A DNA stretch of 64,000 nucleotides from Psilocybe cubensis. Taxonomy: Eukaryota. Below, in pieces: positions 13,002 through 25,294 of the stretch. The notes under the pieces were generated by a model. That model saw only the letters and a list, made by a program, of their open reading frames with translations, was not told where the DNA came from and did no database searches. The stretch is taken from positions 1,984,001 to 2,048,000 of the forward strand of contig CM039000.1 in assembly GCA_017499595.2 (NCBI GenBank), read 5' to 3'. The translations under genes and the position numbers were made by a program. Numbering within the stretch: the first letter of the stretch is position 1; the number at the start of each line of letters is the position of its first letter.

Positions 13002-13715
13002 TTAATTAAGCCGGTAGCTCTGACATGTTGAAGAATGTGATTATCCCGGAAGCGAGACGACCCTTCAAGTGAATTGATTTAGAAATGACCAATCAATCAC
13101 AATCAGCCGAAGTCATTAAGACTTGACAATTTCGTTGAGAGGCAGCACCCATGGAAATAAGTTATTAGAAGAAAAAGAGTAAAAGATGATGAATCGCTGA
13201 TCGTGCCAAGATAAGTTGTAACTCTTCTACCACTTGGAGTTGCGAATTATGTGTAATCCAGCAATAAGTACCCACCAATTTACTGGCAGCCCCTCTTTTT
13301 TCTGTTACTTTTTTTTCGAAGCGGGCATGGGTTCATGACGGTAAGTATGCTAGGTACTTCCCCCAGCCTCAACCGATTTCCTCTGGCCCTTAGTTAGCAG
13401 ATCGAAAAACCGCATTCTATTTTTGAGCCTCAGCCAGTCACTTATAACCGCCTGGATATCAAGATGAATTATTTGGTAGGAAAATCAGGTTCGGGGGATC
13501 TCAGCATCCAGTTGTGGAAGCTTTGAAGTTTACATTTATACACCCTCATGTAACCTGGGCGCATATCCTTAACCTTTATTGCAGGAGCCGGGGTATACAC
13601 ATAATATATATACTTGATTGATGAACATTTCTGCTTCCATAGGCACGTATTTCGAAAATTCGGACGAAATCGTGCCCGCTTCATCGTGGAACAAAGTCAG
13701 TTACGGATACAACCG

Positions 13716-15441
13716 TCATGAGGGACCTGGTAGTCGTTTTACGACATTTTTCCAATTCTACGTTTCAAAACAACACTGAGTATCCATGTTCAAATAAATG
13801 GAAGGAAGAATTTGACAGACCTTGTGCGAAAGAGTGGTGAAGTCGTCGATATTCGCTATGTAGACCATATACCGAGCCAATTTGTAGAGTTCCCTGTCTT
13901 CCCAAGCTTGTGGAGTGTGGGCATTTTTGAAAGCAGATATCTTGAGGCCCTCCTTTGGGTTCAATGCAAAGTTGCGACTCTGATTCAAATAAGAGATATT
14001 CATCTAACATGGAGCTGTCGTTAACTCACCAGGTCATCAACATGAATGGTGTTTGTAGCGTTGCTATCAATATTATCATGACAGTGATGATAATTGAAGT
14101 GTTTCTGGCTACTCACAATTGAGGGAAATGACTCCAAATGATTTGCAATGCCTTGACTGAGTGCGTCCATGGTTTACTATCTCTCTCAGTAAATACTGTG
14201 AACATGGATGTCTTGTCGAGAACTTCAAGGCAGGTAGATGAGATCAGTCTTAAGGTAAAAAAACCTGGCGTTCGTACCAAATGATATCTGTAAAGAAAGA
14301 GCTAGTTAAACAAGAAGTCGCTGCAGAGACATTACAGCAATACCTGATAGTTTCTCTGAGCACCGATCATGCCTAACTCTACTAATTTAGTTTCTAGCCA
14401 TATCCAACTTGTTTGTGACCTATGACAGATAGTATGCGAAGGGTTTTGATATTCTGATGATCTTGAAGTACCATATGCATACTAGTTCGTTAACATCAGG
14501 CTTCTTGAAAAAAAAAACCACTTTCCGAGTCACTTACTATCATAATAAGGGTAGATAGCTTCCAAAAATTCGTGTAGACCAGGTCTTGCACATTCTGCGG
14601 GCGGAAGGCTACCTGAAGTCAGTGGCTTTGTATCCAGAATTGCTGCATAACCAATCTATTAGGTATTGCTGCTTGCTTTTGCTGAAGGTAGTATGACTTA
14701 CTGTAATCGATATCAAGGACCAAGAGTTTTTTACCCTGACGAAGAGGATGAATAATGTTTATGTTCAAATTTCTGATAGCTTCTTGAACTTTGCGAATAT
14801 TCCTTGTATCGTGTTGGTATCGATTACTTGCCACCATGTTTTCAGTGAAATCGACATCAAGGTCATTGACTACATCGGGTAGCGATTCAAGCTCTTAAAT
14901 CGTAATATTAGCGGCTTAATAAAAATGAGAGGAAACAACCGACGGGATGGATCTTTAATTTCATCTCCCTCGGGAGTTCCGATGAGCGTAAATTTCTTTG
15001 TTGGTAAGATAGTTAGCTCTGAGCTGACGCCAGATAAATGCATTCACCATTAACTGGATGTTTATCGAAAAGTAAAAAAGACCAGGGTAGGTTTACTCAC
15101 ATCCTGACTTCATCTGGAGGTAGCTTTCCTTTGACAAGACCAAGGATCTTTTGGCGCTCGTTTGGGACCTTTGTAAGAGAGTATATGGCTGCCTTGAGGT
15201 CGTACAGTCTTTTGCGGTTTTGAGTAACAAAGTCTGCGCGTTGTATTATTGCAATATACCTGTCTGAGTCTGCAATTTCTACTTTATAAGACTTGGATAT
15301 CCATGTAAACTGCAACTTTGTCCAATGCTCTTCAGCTAATTCGTGCGATATCTGCGAAAAATACATTTTAGAAATGCAGACAATGAAGTTGATGGCACAT
15401 ACCTCTGGTGATTTAATCGTGCCATTCTCGCCCAGCTCCAT
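13716..15441 (-). CDS. UBLCP1: Ubiquitin-like domain-containing CTD phosphatase 1 (HAD/FCP-like)
   Basis: UBL region (LYDLKAAIYSLTKVPNERQKILGL), HAD motif LLVLDIDYT-like, CARPGLHEFL, IWSQTSW, NTIHVDDL-RNFALNP. Confidence 0.88.
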
Positions 15442-15734
15442 GTTTGTCGTAGATACAAGGTCAAAAGGTATAGTTGCCAGTAGAATGATGGTTTCAGTCA
15501 GATTCGTGTGGCTTAGAGAAGACTCCTGAATATCTGCGCTTGCAATAAAGAAATAGTCATTTATACCTCTAGATAGGGACAACAAATACTTTAAAGGTAA
15601 GTAATCGGGTTCAAAGAATGGCCAACCAGAATATGTTGAATCGATAAAGAGTTCAAGTTGAACTGTTTCGAGTAGACTAGTAAGTATGTAACATTGAAAT
15701 GTCACTGCATCTGGTGTTATTAATATTACGTCAG

Positions 15735-16957
15735 CAATGTTGCTGCTTCAACCAAGCGTAAACCGGTTCAAGTACTTCCTCTCCATTTTGAAGGAATTTC
15801 CCAATCTCTGACGAGATGGTATTTCAATAATTTTTTTTTGAAATGACCTCATGATGCGTGAAAGCGTCAGAAGATTGGAGCCACCGCCTTTGGATAATCT
15901 TTGGAGAAGTTCATGGCTTCTGGTGAGTTGCTTTCATTCGCCTTTTTGTGGGCACCTATTTTCTGTTAGTTAACCAATTTTCAGTCGTTGGGTTTGACCC
16001 CGTTTGGGAACAGATACGCAATCAACATATAAACTTATTTTATGATTCTCAAAAACGTCTCCGCACACTTTTCGAACCTGGACAAATTGCTCTATGCAAC
16101 GGGAGCATCGAAGCAGCTTTTTGGAATTTTCTGGTTAAAATGGGAGTTAATCTTGAAGCATCTGAAATGCCTAAATTCGCGACGGAGATGCCAAAGCGCT
16201 GGTGTATCGTTAACAGACATATAACAGGGAAAACTTACGAAGTTTTTCTTTTGACAACTTTCGGTGGCGCTAGAAGTTTTGAAGAGCTAGGCATTATGGC
16301 CCGCATGTTTGGAATGCCCATGGGAGGCACCCAATGGTTTAACGATATCCCTGGTCTAACCACTATTCCACCCATTTTTGGCTCAGAAAAGACAAGCTTC
16401 GTTTTTGCAATTCCAGTTGTCCATGTCATTGGTCCCTCCAGTATTCCTCGTACGACCAGAGTTCCCCCATCTGAATTGGATCGACTGCGCAAATTCTCTT
16501 TTGCAAAATCAAAGGTAAATCAATTTTCTAATGCCCCGTCGTCAGATTCTTATTAATCAATTACCATTAGGTTTTGGTCGAGAGGCAGGAGGAGATTCGA
16601 AAGATGGTACGAAATTGGCGAGACCAGAAAAACTATACCAGAAGATATTCCCCAGAACAAGATCAATTCAAACCCGTGCCTAGATCTCTGCCCATGTCTT
16701 TGGAAGACCCAGAAGAAATGCAAGAATTCACCGCCGATTCCACCGCCATTTCTTCTTCACGCTTCAAACCCTCAAATATCACTATCCCTCCTCGTCATGA
16801 CATCAGTTGGATCTTGCGACATATGGCCAAAGATAGCAACGCTTCAAAATATTTGATTCAACAAAGGCCTGTTAAACCGCAGCCCATGTCCCTACCAAAG
16901 CCGTATTATGCGCCACTACCAATATCAATACCGAGAATAATGCGGTTCATTCGTTAA
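15735..16957 (+). CDS. Uncharacterised protein (5' end uncertain), possible PemK/MazF-like beta-barrel domain
   Basis: Long open exons around 15985-16514 and 16572-16957 joined by canonical introns, plus upstream exons near 15735-15818. No recognisable family; start codon not located. Confidence 0.6.
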
Positions 16958-17018
16958 AATCCTCCACGACAGTAATGGGTACACCCGCGTTACAAGGAGT
17001 TGACGGGTGTAACGTCCG

Positions 17019-18094
17019 TCAACCTTCCAACTTTGCCACGCTATCCGCCACTAACTGAAAAGTGGCCAAGTTTGAAAACCCTAAAAATGTGGGCTAGCCT
17101 CTACCAACCTCAACCTGAAGATATCAGAAAACTTACTTAAAGAATTGCCACCGTCTTCTGATTTTAGTTCGGGGAATTTCGCGGGGCTTAGAATTTGGGC
17201 AGAAGAATCATAGGACCATGAATGTTTCTGCGCCGCTACTGGGAAATTAACAAGTATCCCGCCATGGACAAGAGCAACTTACTTTCGATTACTTGCTCCG
17301 CCGACAAAGCTAGGTAGGAACATGCCAATGACAGAGGTAAGGATGTATACGCCTTGGTTAACAAAGCAAATGTTCTTCGTCGAAAATTATCTAGTAGCAA
17401 TGTTTTAGTTGGAAAACTTAGAGAATGTCATTCATATTTACCTATGAAGACAGAGAGCAATTGGGAGATAACCGCAGACAACTCTTTGTCCACGAAATCG
17501 TGGTTTGCTACAAGTGCATTCAACGTATTCACTTGATCGTAAACATTAGAGTGTTGCCTGTTCATTGTTGCTGTTACCAAAGCAGAAAAAGCTTTCGTGA
17601 CGGGAAGAAAAGCAAGATTCTCTGGTAATCTAAGCAGAGCGTATAGTGCAGCAGGTCTGCAACATCCATCACTAGCTGAGATGGTGACTGAAATTGAGAA
17701 AAATCTTATTGACTCACAGATCATCAAGAATAAGATGACTTAGGACCAAAGGACTAATAACCGACAACCTTGATTGATGGCGGTCGTTTGCAGACTAACA
17801 TTGAGACCCATTATTAGCAACGATGCACCCAACAACATGAAAAGGCCGGCGTACATTGGTATCCGTTCGCTCTGCTATATTGATCAATTCTGTATAATCA
17901 TTCCGTGAAATTGCTTCAGAGATTAGAGGAATTGCATTTCGGTAGGATTCAGGAATGGTGTGTGATGTAATCAATGCGGATGGTGGGGGAGCACTGGAAG
18001 AATCTGTGTCCAGTAAGACCGTAGGCATTACTCGAGCTTCGTCGTGTAATTCTGTTGGGGTGATTGCGGGAGGCGTAGGGGGACCGTTTACCAT
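17019..18094 (-). CDS. COP9 signalosome subunit 8-like PCI protein (CSN8/PSMD8/eIF3K family)
   Basis: Exons MVNGPPTPP..., ALYALLRLP, FRRRTFALLTKAYTSLPLSLACSYL, WSYDS and last exon FSNLATFQLVADSVAKLEG*; size and AYxS..a..YLG / W..D pattern fit CSN8. Confidence 0.7.
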
Positions 18095-18295
18095 AGTTGA
18101 ATTTATGACAGAGAGCAGTTACCAGGCTCACTTGACGATAGAAGGAAAGCACTCAGAAGTTCATTCAATGATAATGAATGGCCAAGAATCGAATTTGAAA
18201 GGCGCTAAAGAACACTGCACTGATCACGTTACTACACTCTTGAGTCTTTCCCCTGTTCAGGTTATCATCTTCATCCAATCCTGTCTCCAAGTACA

Positions 18296-19186
18296 ATGGA
18301 TATCGAAGAAGATATCGAGTCAGTCTTATATATTGGAAGAGAGATATCTGGTACGTTTCTCCCAATCCTGATTTCAAATAATTTCTTGATATTGTTGCGT
18401 CAGTGTACAAGATCCCACCGCTAAATGCTAACGAAGGCTATCGCGCTAACGATTGGGGTGACTTGGCCAAGCCGCTGTGGAAAGGAAGGCTTCGTATCCT
18501 TGAAAACTCCAAAGGCGCTGCACTAAACTTAGAAGATTCGCAAACAGGTGTGTCCTGGCAACAGATATACCGTTATTGTTCTTTACACCATTGGTTTAGG
18601 AGAATGTAGGGCTTCCGCTGGCTTCCTTGTTCCTTCTTGACATTCTCCTAGTATTTGCCAGAGCAGAATACGATCCGATACGACCTTCTGTGGAGGCTGT
18701 ACTAGACTCTTCTCGTTACTTTGTCGTTCGTGTGGAAGATGCTGGCAAGAAAGCATACATTGGCATCGGTTTCGCCGAACGTAGCGATAGTTTTGATTTC
18801 AGTGGGTTTCTTCACTATGACGTATCGCTTATCAACTCATATTTTGATGCTTAAGACGTGGCTCTTCAAGATTATTCGAAGTATGTCTTTGGTATTATAT
18901 CAATTTTATCTAATCTCATGCACTTCTGTTTAGACGCAAGAAAGCGGCATTGAATCCGCCATCTGAAACTAGCCTTGGATCATCACCCCATATCCCTGCA
19001 GGTCCCAAGAAGGACTACAGTCTGAAGGAGGGTCAAACGTTCTCTATTTCTATCCCAGGTCGACCAAAGCCTAACTCATCAAGTAACCTGCTCGGAAATT
19101 CTGCTTCGTCTTCTACATCATCTAGCGGCACTTCTATTCCACTTCTTCCACCCCCTCCCAGTGCAAATAAGAAGCGTAATGTTTGA
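18296..19186 (+). CDS. Adaptin ear-binding coat-associated protein (NECAP, PHear domain)
   Basis: [28 protein letters not shown] (via a 6-nt microexon), [47 protein letters not shown]. Confidence 0.92.
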
Positions 19187-20526
19187 TTTGGGTTATTCTT
19201 TCGTGTTCTAAACTCTAAATTTCCTTTGAAACTCAGGTTCTCCTTGAGAAAATGAAATCCAGAGGAATTCAACATTTACTAGACTTTTGTATTGTGATCT
19301 AAACAATTTTGTCGATTCAACATCATTACAGGAAGCTTGACACCATCTCATATCCATTCTTCGGTCAAGTCCCGGAAAATATACGAAATTATGGATATTC
19401 CAATAGTATACGCTGTCACTCTTTAGGGATCAGGCAGCTCTGACGGCCAACTTTGCCGGGCGGATGTCTGTCTATAGATTATGAGTGAACACAGGTTGGA
19501 TAGTCCCGAACAGACTCATGCAGACGTCTCATTCGGTAACAGCTCGTATACGTATACTTGTGGGATCCGATGCATGGGGCATGCATCAACCTTGTTTCGC
19601 TTCAAATCCCGTTATCAACGAATTGACACCGACCCGAAGCCCCTTTCACTGTAGCTTATTATTTATCACGGTGTTGCGACATGTTGCGAAAGGTTGCGAG
19701 TCGCCTCCACATGAGAATTTGACATGATATATGCGGATCAACGCTCCTAAAGAAGTTCAGTTAAATGGAGCTCAGACGCTGGCCAATAAACTGTATACAC
19801 AACCGTTGTCTCGGGATCATCTTTTTTTCTTTCGTCAGATGAAGTACCTTGCAATGTCTCGTCATCGACTACGCCAACCCCCGGATTCAAGGCAAGAGAT
19901 ACTCGTTCTGAAGGGCAGCTGGTACCCATGTATGTTGTCACCCGCTAGCAACGTTGGCAGGTGACTCAGGGTGACTTAGCAGCGGTGAGAAGAGACAAAA
20001 GGTGCCGTTGAACATGATCACGAGCTTTCGTGCAAGTTGACTACATATGTACACCTGGACAGGAACTTCAAAACTCCACCTCTCTGAATACTTATTCGGA
20101 CGTAATGTTGAGAGTCTACTTACCACGCGATTTTACCGGGACTACTCCAATATTGGAACCATACTGTTCTGTGTTTACTGAACAGTCGTATGGTCAGCAC
20201 TCCTTATCTCAGGTTACACATCTTATTCCTACGTGTCCGACGTTGTCCCGTTCGCTACTAAAAACGCGCAATAATGCTGGAACTCCTATTACTCTGGTTC
20301 CCGTGGTTTCGACCTTCATCGGATGAACCTCGTCTTGTGATTCATGAACTTCAGTGCTCCCTACCACTTCCTTGTGGACTCCGACTTCCTTCCGTAAAGT
20401 CTCTGTCGGCTCAATACCGGAATGAAACCTTTTATGCGACACGACGACACAGTATAAAGATGCAGCCTAATTCAATAAACAAAACCTCAGAACTCAACGG
20501 TCCCCCCAAAAGGTTTCCACCACAAG

Positions 20527-22324
20527 ATGTTCAAGTTTGCCGCTCTATTGGCTTTGGCCTCTTTAATCCCTGCCTTTGTCCAGGCAGCAAGCCCCGTCTA
20601 CGGCCAATGTGGTGGTCAAGGCTGGAGTATGTAATTAAACTCATCTGTGCATTCATTTCATTCAAGTATTTCCCGTTAGGTGGTGACACAACTTGCGCTT
20701 CTGGCTCGACTTGCGTTTACTCTAACCCATACTACTCGCAATGCTTGTAAGGATCTTATGGCAGAAGTGCAAAGATTTACACTTGATATTTAACTGGCGA
20801 TCTCCCTTAGGCCCGGTGCAGCGAGCTCTTCGTCTACTCCATCCAGCACCTCAAAACCAACAACAACCACCGTCAAGCCAACATCGACTAGCAGTGGAGG
20901 AGCTACATCTCCCACTACCACCCCGGATGCCGGAAACCCTTTCGTTGGATACGACGTAAGTTGCATTGGCTTCATCCGAGGACCGCCGTTTCAATAAGTA
21001 TACGCTATAGATCTACCTGTCGCCATACTACGCTGCTGAAGTCCAAGCAGCAGCAGCCCTCATCACCGACTCCACCCAGAAGGCAAAGGCTTTGTCCGTT
21101 GCCAACATTCCAACCTTCACCTGGTTTGATGTGGTCGCGAAGGTTCCTCAGTTGGGCACATATCTAGCTGATGCCAGTGCCAAAGCCAAAGCTGCTGGAA
21201 CCAAGGCTTTGGTTCAAATTGTCGTTTACGATCTTCCAGATCGTGACTGTGCTGCCCTTGCATCCAACGGAGAATTCTCAATCGCCAACAATGGTCTTGC
21301 CAACTACGAGAACTACATTGACCAACTTGTTGCCCAGATCAAGCGTATGTCCCAGCTCAAATAATTCTGATCATGCACTGATGTTTATAAAACAGAATAC
21401 CCTGATGTCCGTGTTGTCGCTGTTATCGAACCCGACTCGTTGGCCAATTTGGTCACCAACCTCAACGTGGCCAAGTGTGCTAATGCCCAAAGTGCCTACA
21501 AAGCTGGTGTTACTTATGCTATGCAGCAACTCAACACCGTGGGCGTCTACATGTATCTTGATGCTGGTCACGCTGGATGGCTCGGATGGCCTGCCAACTT
21601 GACACCTGCCGCTCAATTGTTCGGTGATCTCTACAAGTCTGCCGGCTCTCCTAAATTCGTTCGTGGATTGGCTACTAACGTTGCCAACTACAACGCTCTC
21701 TGTAAGGCCCTTTTCATGTATATAATGTCAACAAGAAATTCTAATGATTATCGTAGCCGCTGCTTCCCCAGACCCGATTACCCAAGGAAACAACAACTAC
21801 GATGAGCTCCATTACATCAATGTAGGCAACATTTCCTTTAATGAAATGAGACTTAGCTAACTATGTCAACTAGGCTCTCGCCCCCATGCTTAGTTCCGAA
21901 GGCTTCCCTGCCCACTTCATCGTTGACCAGGGACGCTCCGGTGTTCAGAACATCCGCTCTCAATGGGGTGACTGGTGCAATGTTAAGGGTGCCGGTTTCG
22001 GAACCCGTCCTACGACCAACACAGGATCCAGTCTCATTGATTCTATCGTCTGGGTCAAGCCTGGAGGTGAATGCGACGGAACCTCGAATACCTCATCTCC
22101 CAGATACGATGCTCACTGCGGTCTATCGTAAGTCGCAAGCTGTCTTTTCTTCGCACAACTCTAACCATGCATACTCCAAAGTGATGCTGCCCAGCCAGCG
22201 CCTGAAGCAGGTACCTGGTTCCAGGTGTGTTCATTTTCAAGTAGTCTCATCGCAACACTGATCGTCGTTTATGAATCAGGACTACTTCGCAACCTTGGTC
22301 AAAAACGCCAACCCAGCTCTCTAA
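20527..22324 (+). CDS. cel6A: Cellobiohydrolase II: CBM1 + Ser/Thr linker + glycoside hydrolase family 6
   Basis: Signal peptide; CBM1 QCGGQGW..CASGSTCVYSNPYYSQCL; GH6 motifs YDLPDRDCAA, IEPDSLANLVTN, YLDAGHAGWLGW, ATNVANYN, WGDWCN, WVKPGGECDG; ends NANPAL*. Confidence 0.96.
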
Positions 22325-23122
22325 TTGCAGACTTATATATACGATCAAAATTGTTGCATCCCTTCTGTTGGATTTTGTTGGGAAGTAATTGACCTATGAG
22401 GTAATGGAATATGGTCGACATTTGCATGTAAAACAGATACAAAATATAACAAATCATACTCTTCACGTATCTATTTTCCAAAGCAAAACCAAAGTAGTGA
22501 GAGTCGAAGCCTTGTTGAATCATCCATTATGGAACGAGTTCACCATGTTGCCCATTATCTTTCGTATGGCGGTACGACTTTTTATTATTCAAGAGTTTGC
22601 TTCAAGGTCAAAATTTCCAGTACCGAGTACTCTCCGAAAATCCAATCTCATGTTGATCTCATGTAAAGGGGTACCAACCATTTCATTCAGAAATCCGACT
22701 TCCCTCAGGTATGGGATCGATAAATATGTGTATTTGAAAGTCTGGCTCACGATAGTGAACAATGCCACCAATGTGAACTATCTACATAAAGTACTTTGTT
22801 AATCGTTGTAATCCTTCGACATTTGTGGACCAATGTTATGTGCATGGATGTTGATCTTGTTCTTCAAAAATTAAGCGCCAAGATGAACCTGCTGAAACCC
22901 GAGGAAAACTCGGAACATTGCGTGAGAACGTTTGAACCAGACACGTGATGATCATGAACGGGGTACTCGGCTCTTCGGCAATGACCCACTTCGTCATTCG
23001 GCGACAGGAATCTCAGGGATTTTTACTCTGTTAATCTGCGCTTTGTATAAGCAACTCCTTCCGGGTTTCCACATCCTACCGTTTTCATTCCCATTACCAA
23101 CTCTCTTCCTGGTTTCTCTGTA

Positions 23123-25110
23123 ATGCTCTCTAAACTGTCTCGGACAATCCCCAAGAGGTCGCTTGCGTCGAAGGTGTCGACTATCAGTAGTTGTCGCACA
23201 TTTGTTCAACCTTCTGGCGCCGACAGAGCAAGTGTAGTGGATGTACCATCTACATATCAGGACGACAACCACTTTGCACCTAGACAAGGTGTGATAACTC
23301 ATTATTTTTGTTCTGTATTTACATGTTGACCTTGCTCCAGATATGCTCGGCTTTAAGCTCGATGCGCCGCTTCGTGAGGGTTCAGTGGAAGCCAAAACTC
23401 GACCAATTTATCTGGACATGCAGGTCTGTTGTTTCCTGCTACGACTTACTGTCAATGAACTTTATATCAACTGTAACCAAGGCCACTACTCCTGTGGACC
23501 CGAGGGTGCTGGATGCAATGCTGCCTTACTTGACTGATCAGTATGGCAATCCGCACAGTCGGACTCACACATATGGTTGGGAGGCAGAACAAGGTGTTGA
23601 GGATGCCCGAAAGGTATGCATGGCAGCTGCTACATCCACCATCTCTAACTGGTTTATATGTAGCACGTCGCCGACTTGATTGGTGCGGACGCGAAGGATA
23701 TAGTGTTTACCTCGGGAGCCACCGAATCCAATAACATGTCTATCAAAGGCATTGCCCGATTTCATAAGGACAAAAAGCGTCACATAATTACAACTCAGAC
23801 AGTGAGTGTTTAGCTGTGAAGCTGACAATCGAATTTGACTTAGAACAATAGGAACATAAATGTGTTCTTGATTCATGCAGAAAGCTCGGTGAAGAGGGCT
23901 TTGAAATCACGTATCTTCCTGTTCAAAAAAATGGTCTTATCTCCTTGCAGGAACTTGAAGCTGCTATCAAACCTACAACATCACTCGTATCGATCATGGC
24001 TGTCAACAACGAAACTGGTGTAATCCAACCTTTGAAAGAAATTGGCGCTATTATTCGAAAACACAGAGGTGTCTACTTCCACACAGATGCCGCCCAAGCC
24101 ATTGGGAAAATTCCTTTGGATGTCAATGAAATGAACATTGATTTGATGAGCATCTCTGGCCACAAGCTGTATGGCCCCAAAGGCGTTGGTGCTTGTTACG
24201 TCAGGCGAAGACCTCGGGTTAGACTGGAGCCAATTCTCAGTGGGGGAGGTCAAGAGCGTGGATTGCGTAGTGGTACTGTCCCCACTGCACTTGTCGTTGG
24301 CCTAGGTGAAGCTGCCCGACTTGCACAAAAGGAGATGGCTGTGAGTTTCGACTTTCATTCCTCGTTCATGATGAGTATCTGCATTACAATTACGCGTATG
24401 CGTTGAGTCAAGTGGTAGACGTGGCAGCAAATTCTTGTTTCCACAAACCAGCTTAGCCATGACCTTTGTGCAGGGGTGCTGATGTTTCTGGGGGTGCCAT
24501 TGATGAACGATTTACTGATGCCCAACTTTTGTTAGAGGGATCACGATCATGTCAAGAGGCTATCAAACAGGCTCATAAGTAGAATCGATGCTGAGGTGGA
24601 GCATGTTGTGCGAAACGGAGACCCCAATGGTTATCCAGGATGCGTCAACCTCAGTTTTTCCTACGTCGAAGGCGAAAGTTTGTTGATGGCCTTGAAGGTA
24701 GGAATGGTCACCGACTTTTGTATGCTCTAATTATGAACTCTTCCAAGGACATTGCTCTCTCATCCGGGAGTGCTTGTACTTCTGCCTCGCTAGAGCCGTC
24801 CTATGTTCTGCGTGCCCTTGGTATGCTCTTTCATGATCACCAAAACTACGAGGACTAACATTTTTTAGGCGCTGCAGAAGATATGGCTCACTCATCACTT
24901 CGCTTCGGTATTGGACGTTTTACGACTGAGGCGGAAGTTGACTTCGTGGTGGCACACATTATTAAGACTGTGCACAAACTGCGTGAAATGAGGTATGACC
25001 CCTCACTTCTGTGCCTTGTTCTGCTGTGTACTAAGTCCTTTTGCAGTCCTCTTTGGGAGATGGTGCAGGAGGGAATTGATATTAATTCGATTGATTGGTC
25101 GCAGCATTAG
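23123..25110 (+). CDS. NFS1: Mitochondrial cysteine desulfurase
   Basis: Mitochondrial presequence; [61 protein letters not shown]; ends IDWSQH*. Confidence 0.97.
24364..24486 (+). ncRNA. Candidate intronic box C/D snoRNA with antisense element to U6 snRNA (SNORD94-like target)
   Basis: Lies in a 195-nt NFS1 intron (24341-24535). Box C ATGATGA 24368-24374, box D CTGA 24479-24482, and upstream CTTTGTGCAGGGGT complementary to U6 GCCCCUGCACAAGG. Confidence 0.65.
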
Positions 25111-25294
25111 TCTGCATATAACTCTGTCGTTCTACATTTCTACATACATAATATATCTCACAGAGTCAGAAATGAAAGGTGGTCCGTGCCCTGAGAAGGC
25201 ATTTTGATGCATGTGTCGAAATTGAAACTCAGATGCAGAGCAAGTTGAATCCCACAACTCACTGCTTTGTTATACACCTCATTCTCTGACCACC

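Noticed and set aside
13326-13400. Intron-like GTAAGT...TTAGCAG in an intergenic region (possible spliced ncRNA or tiny gene)
   Set aside because: No open frame or RNA-family motif; cannot be supported without transcript data.
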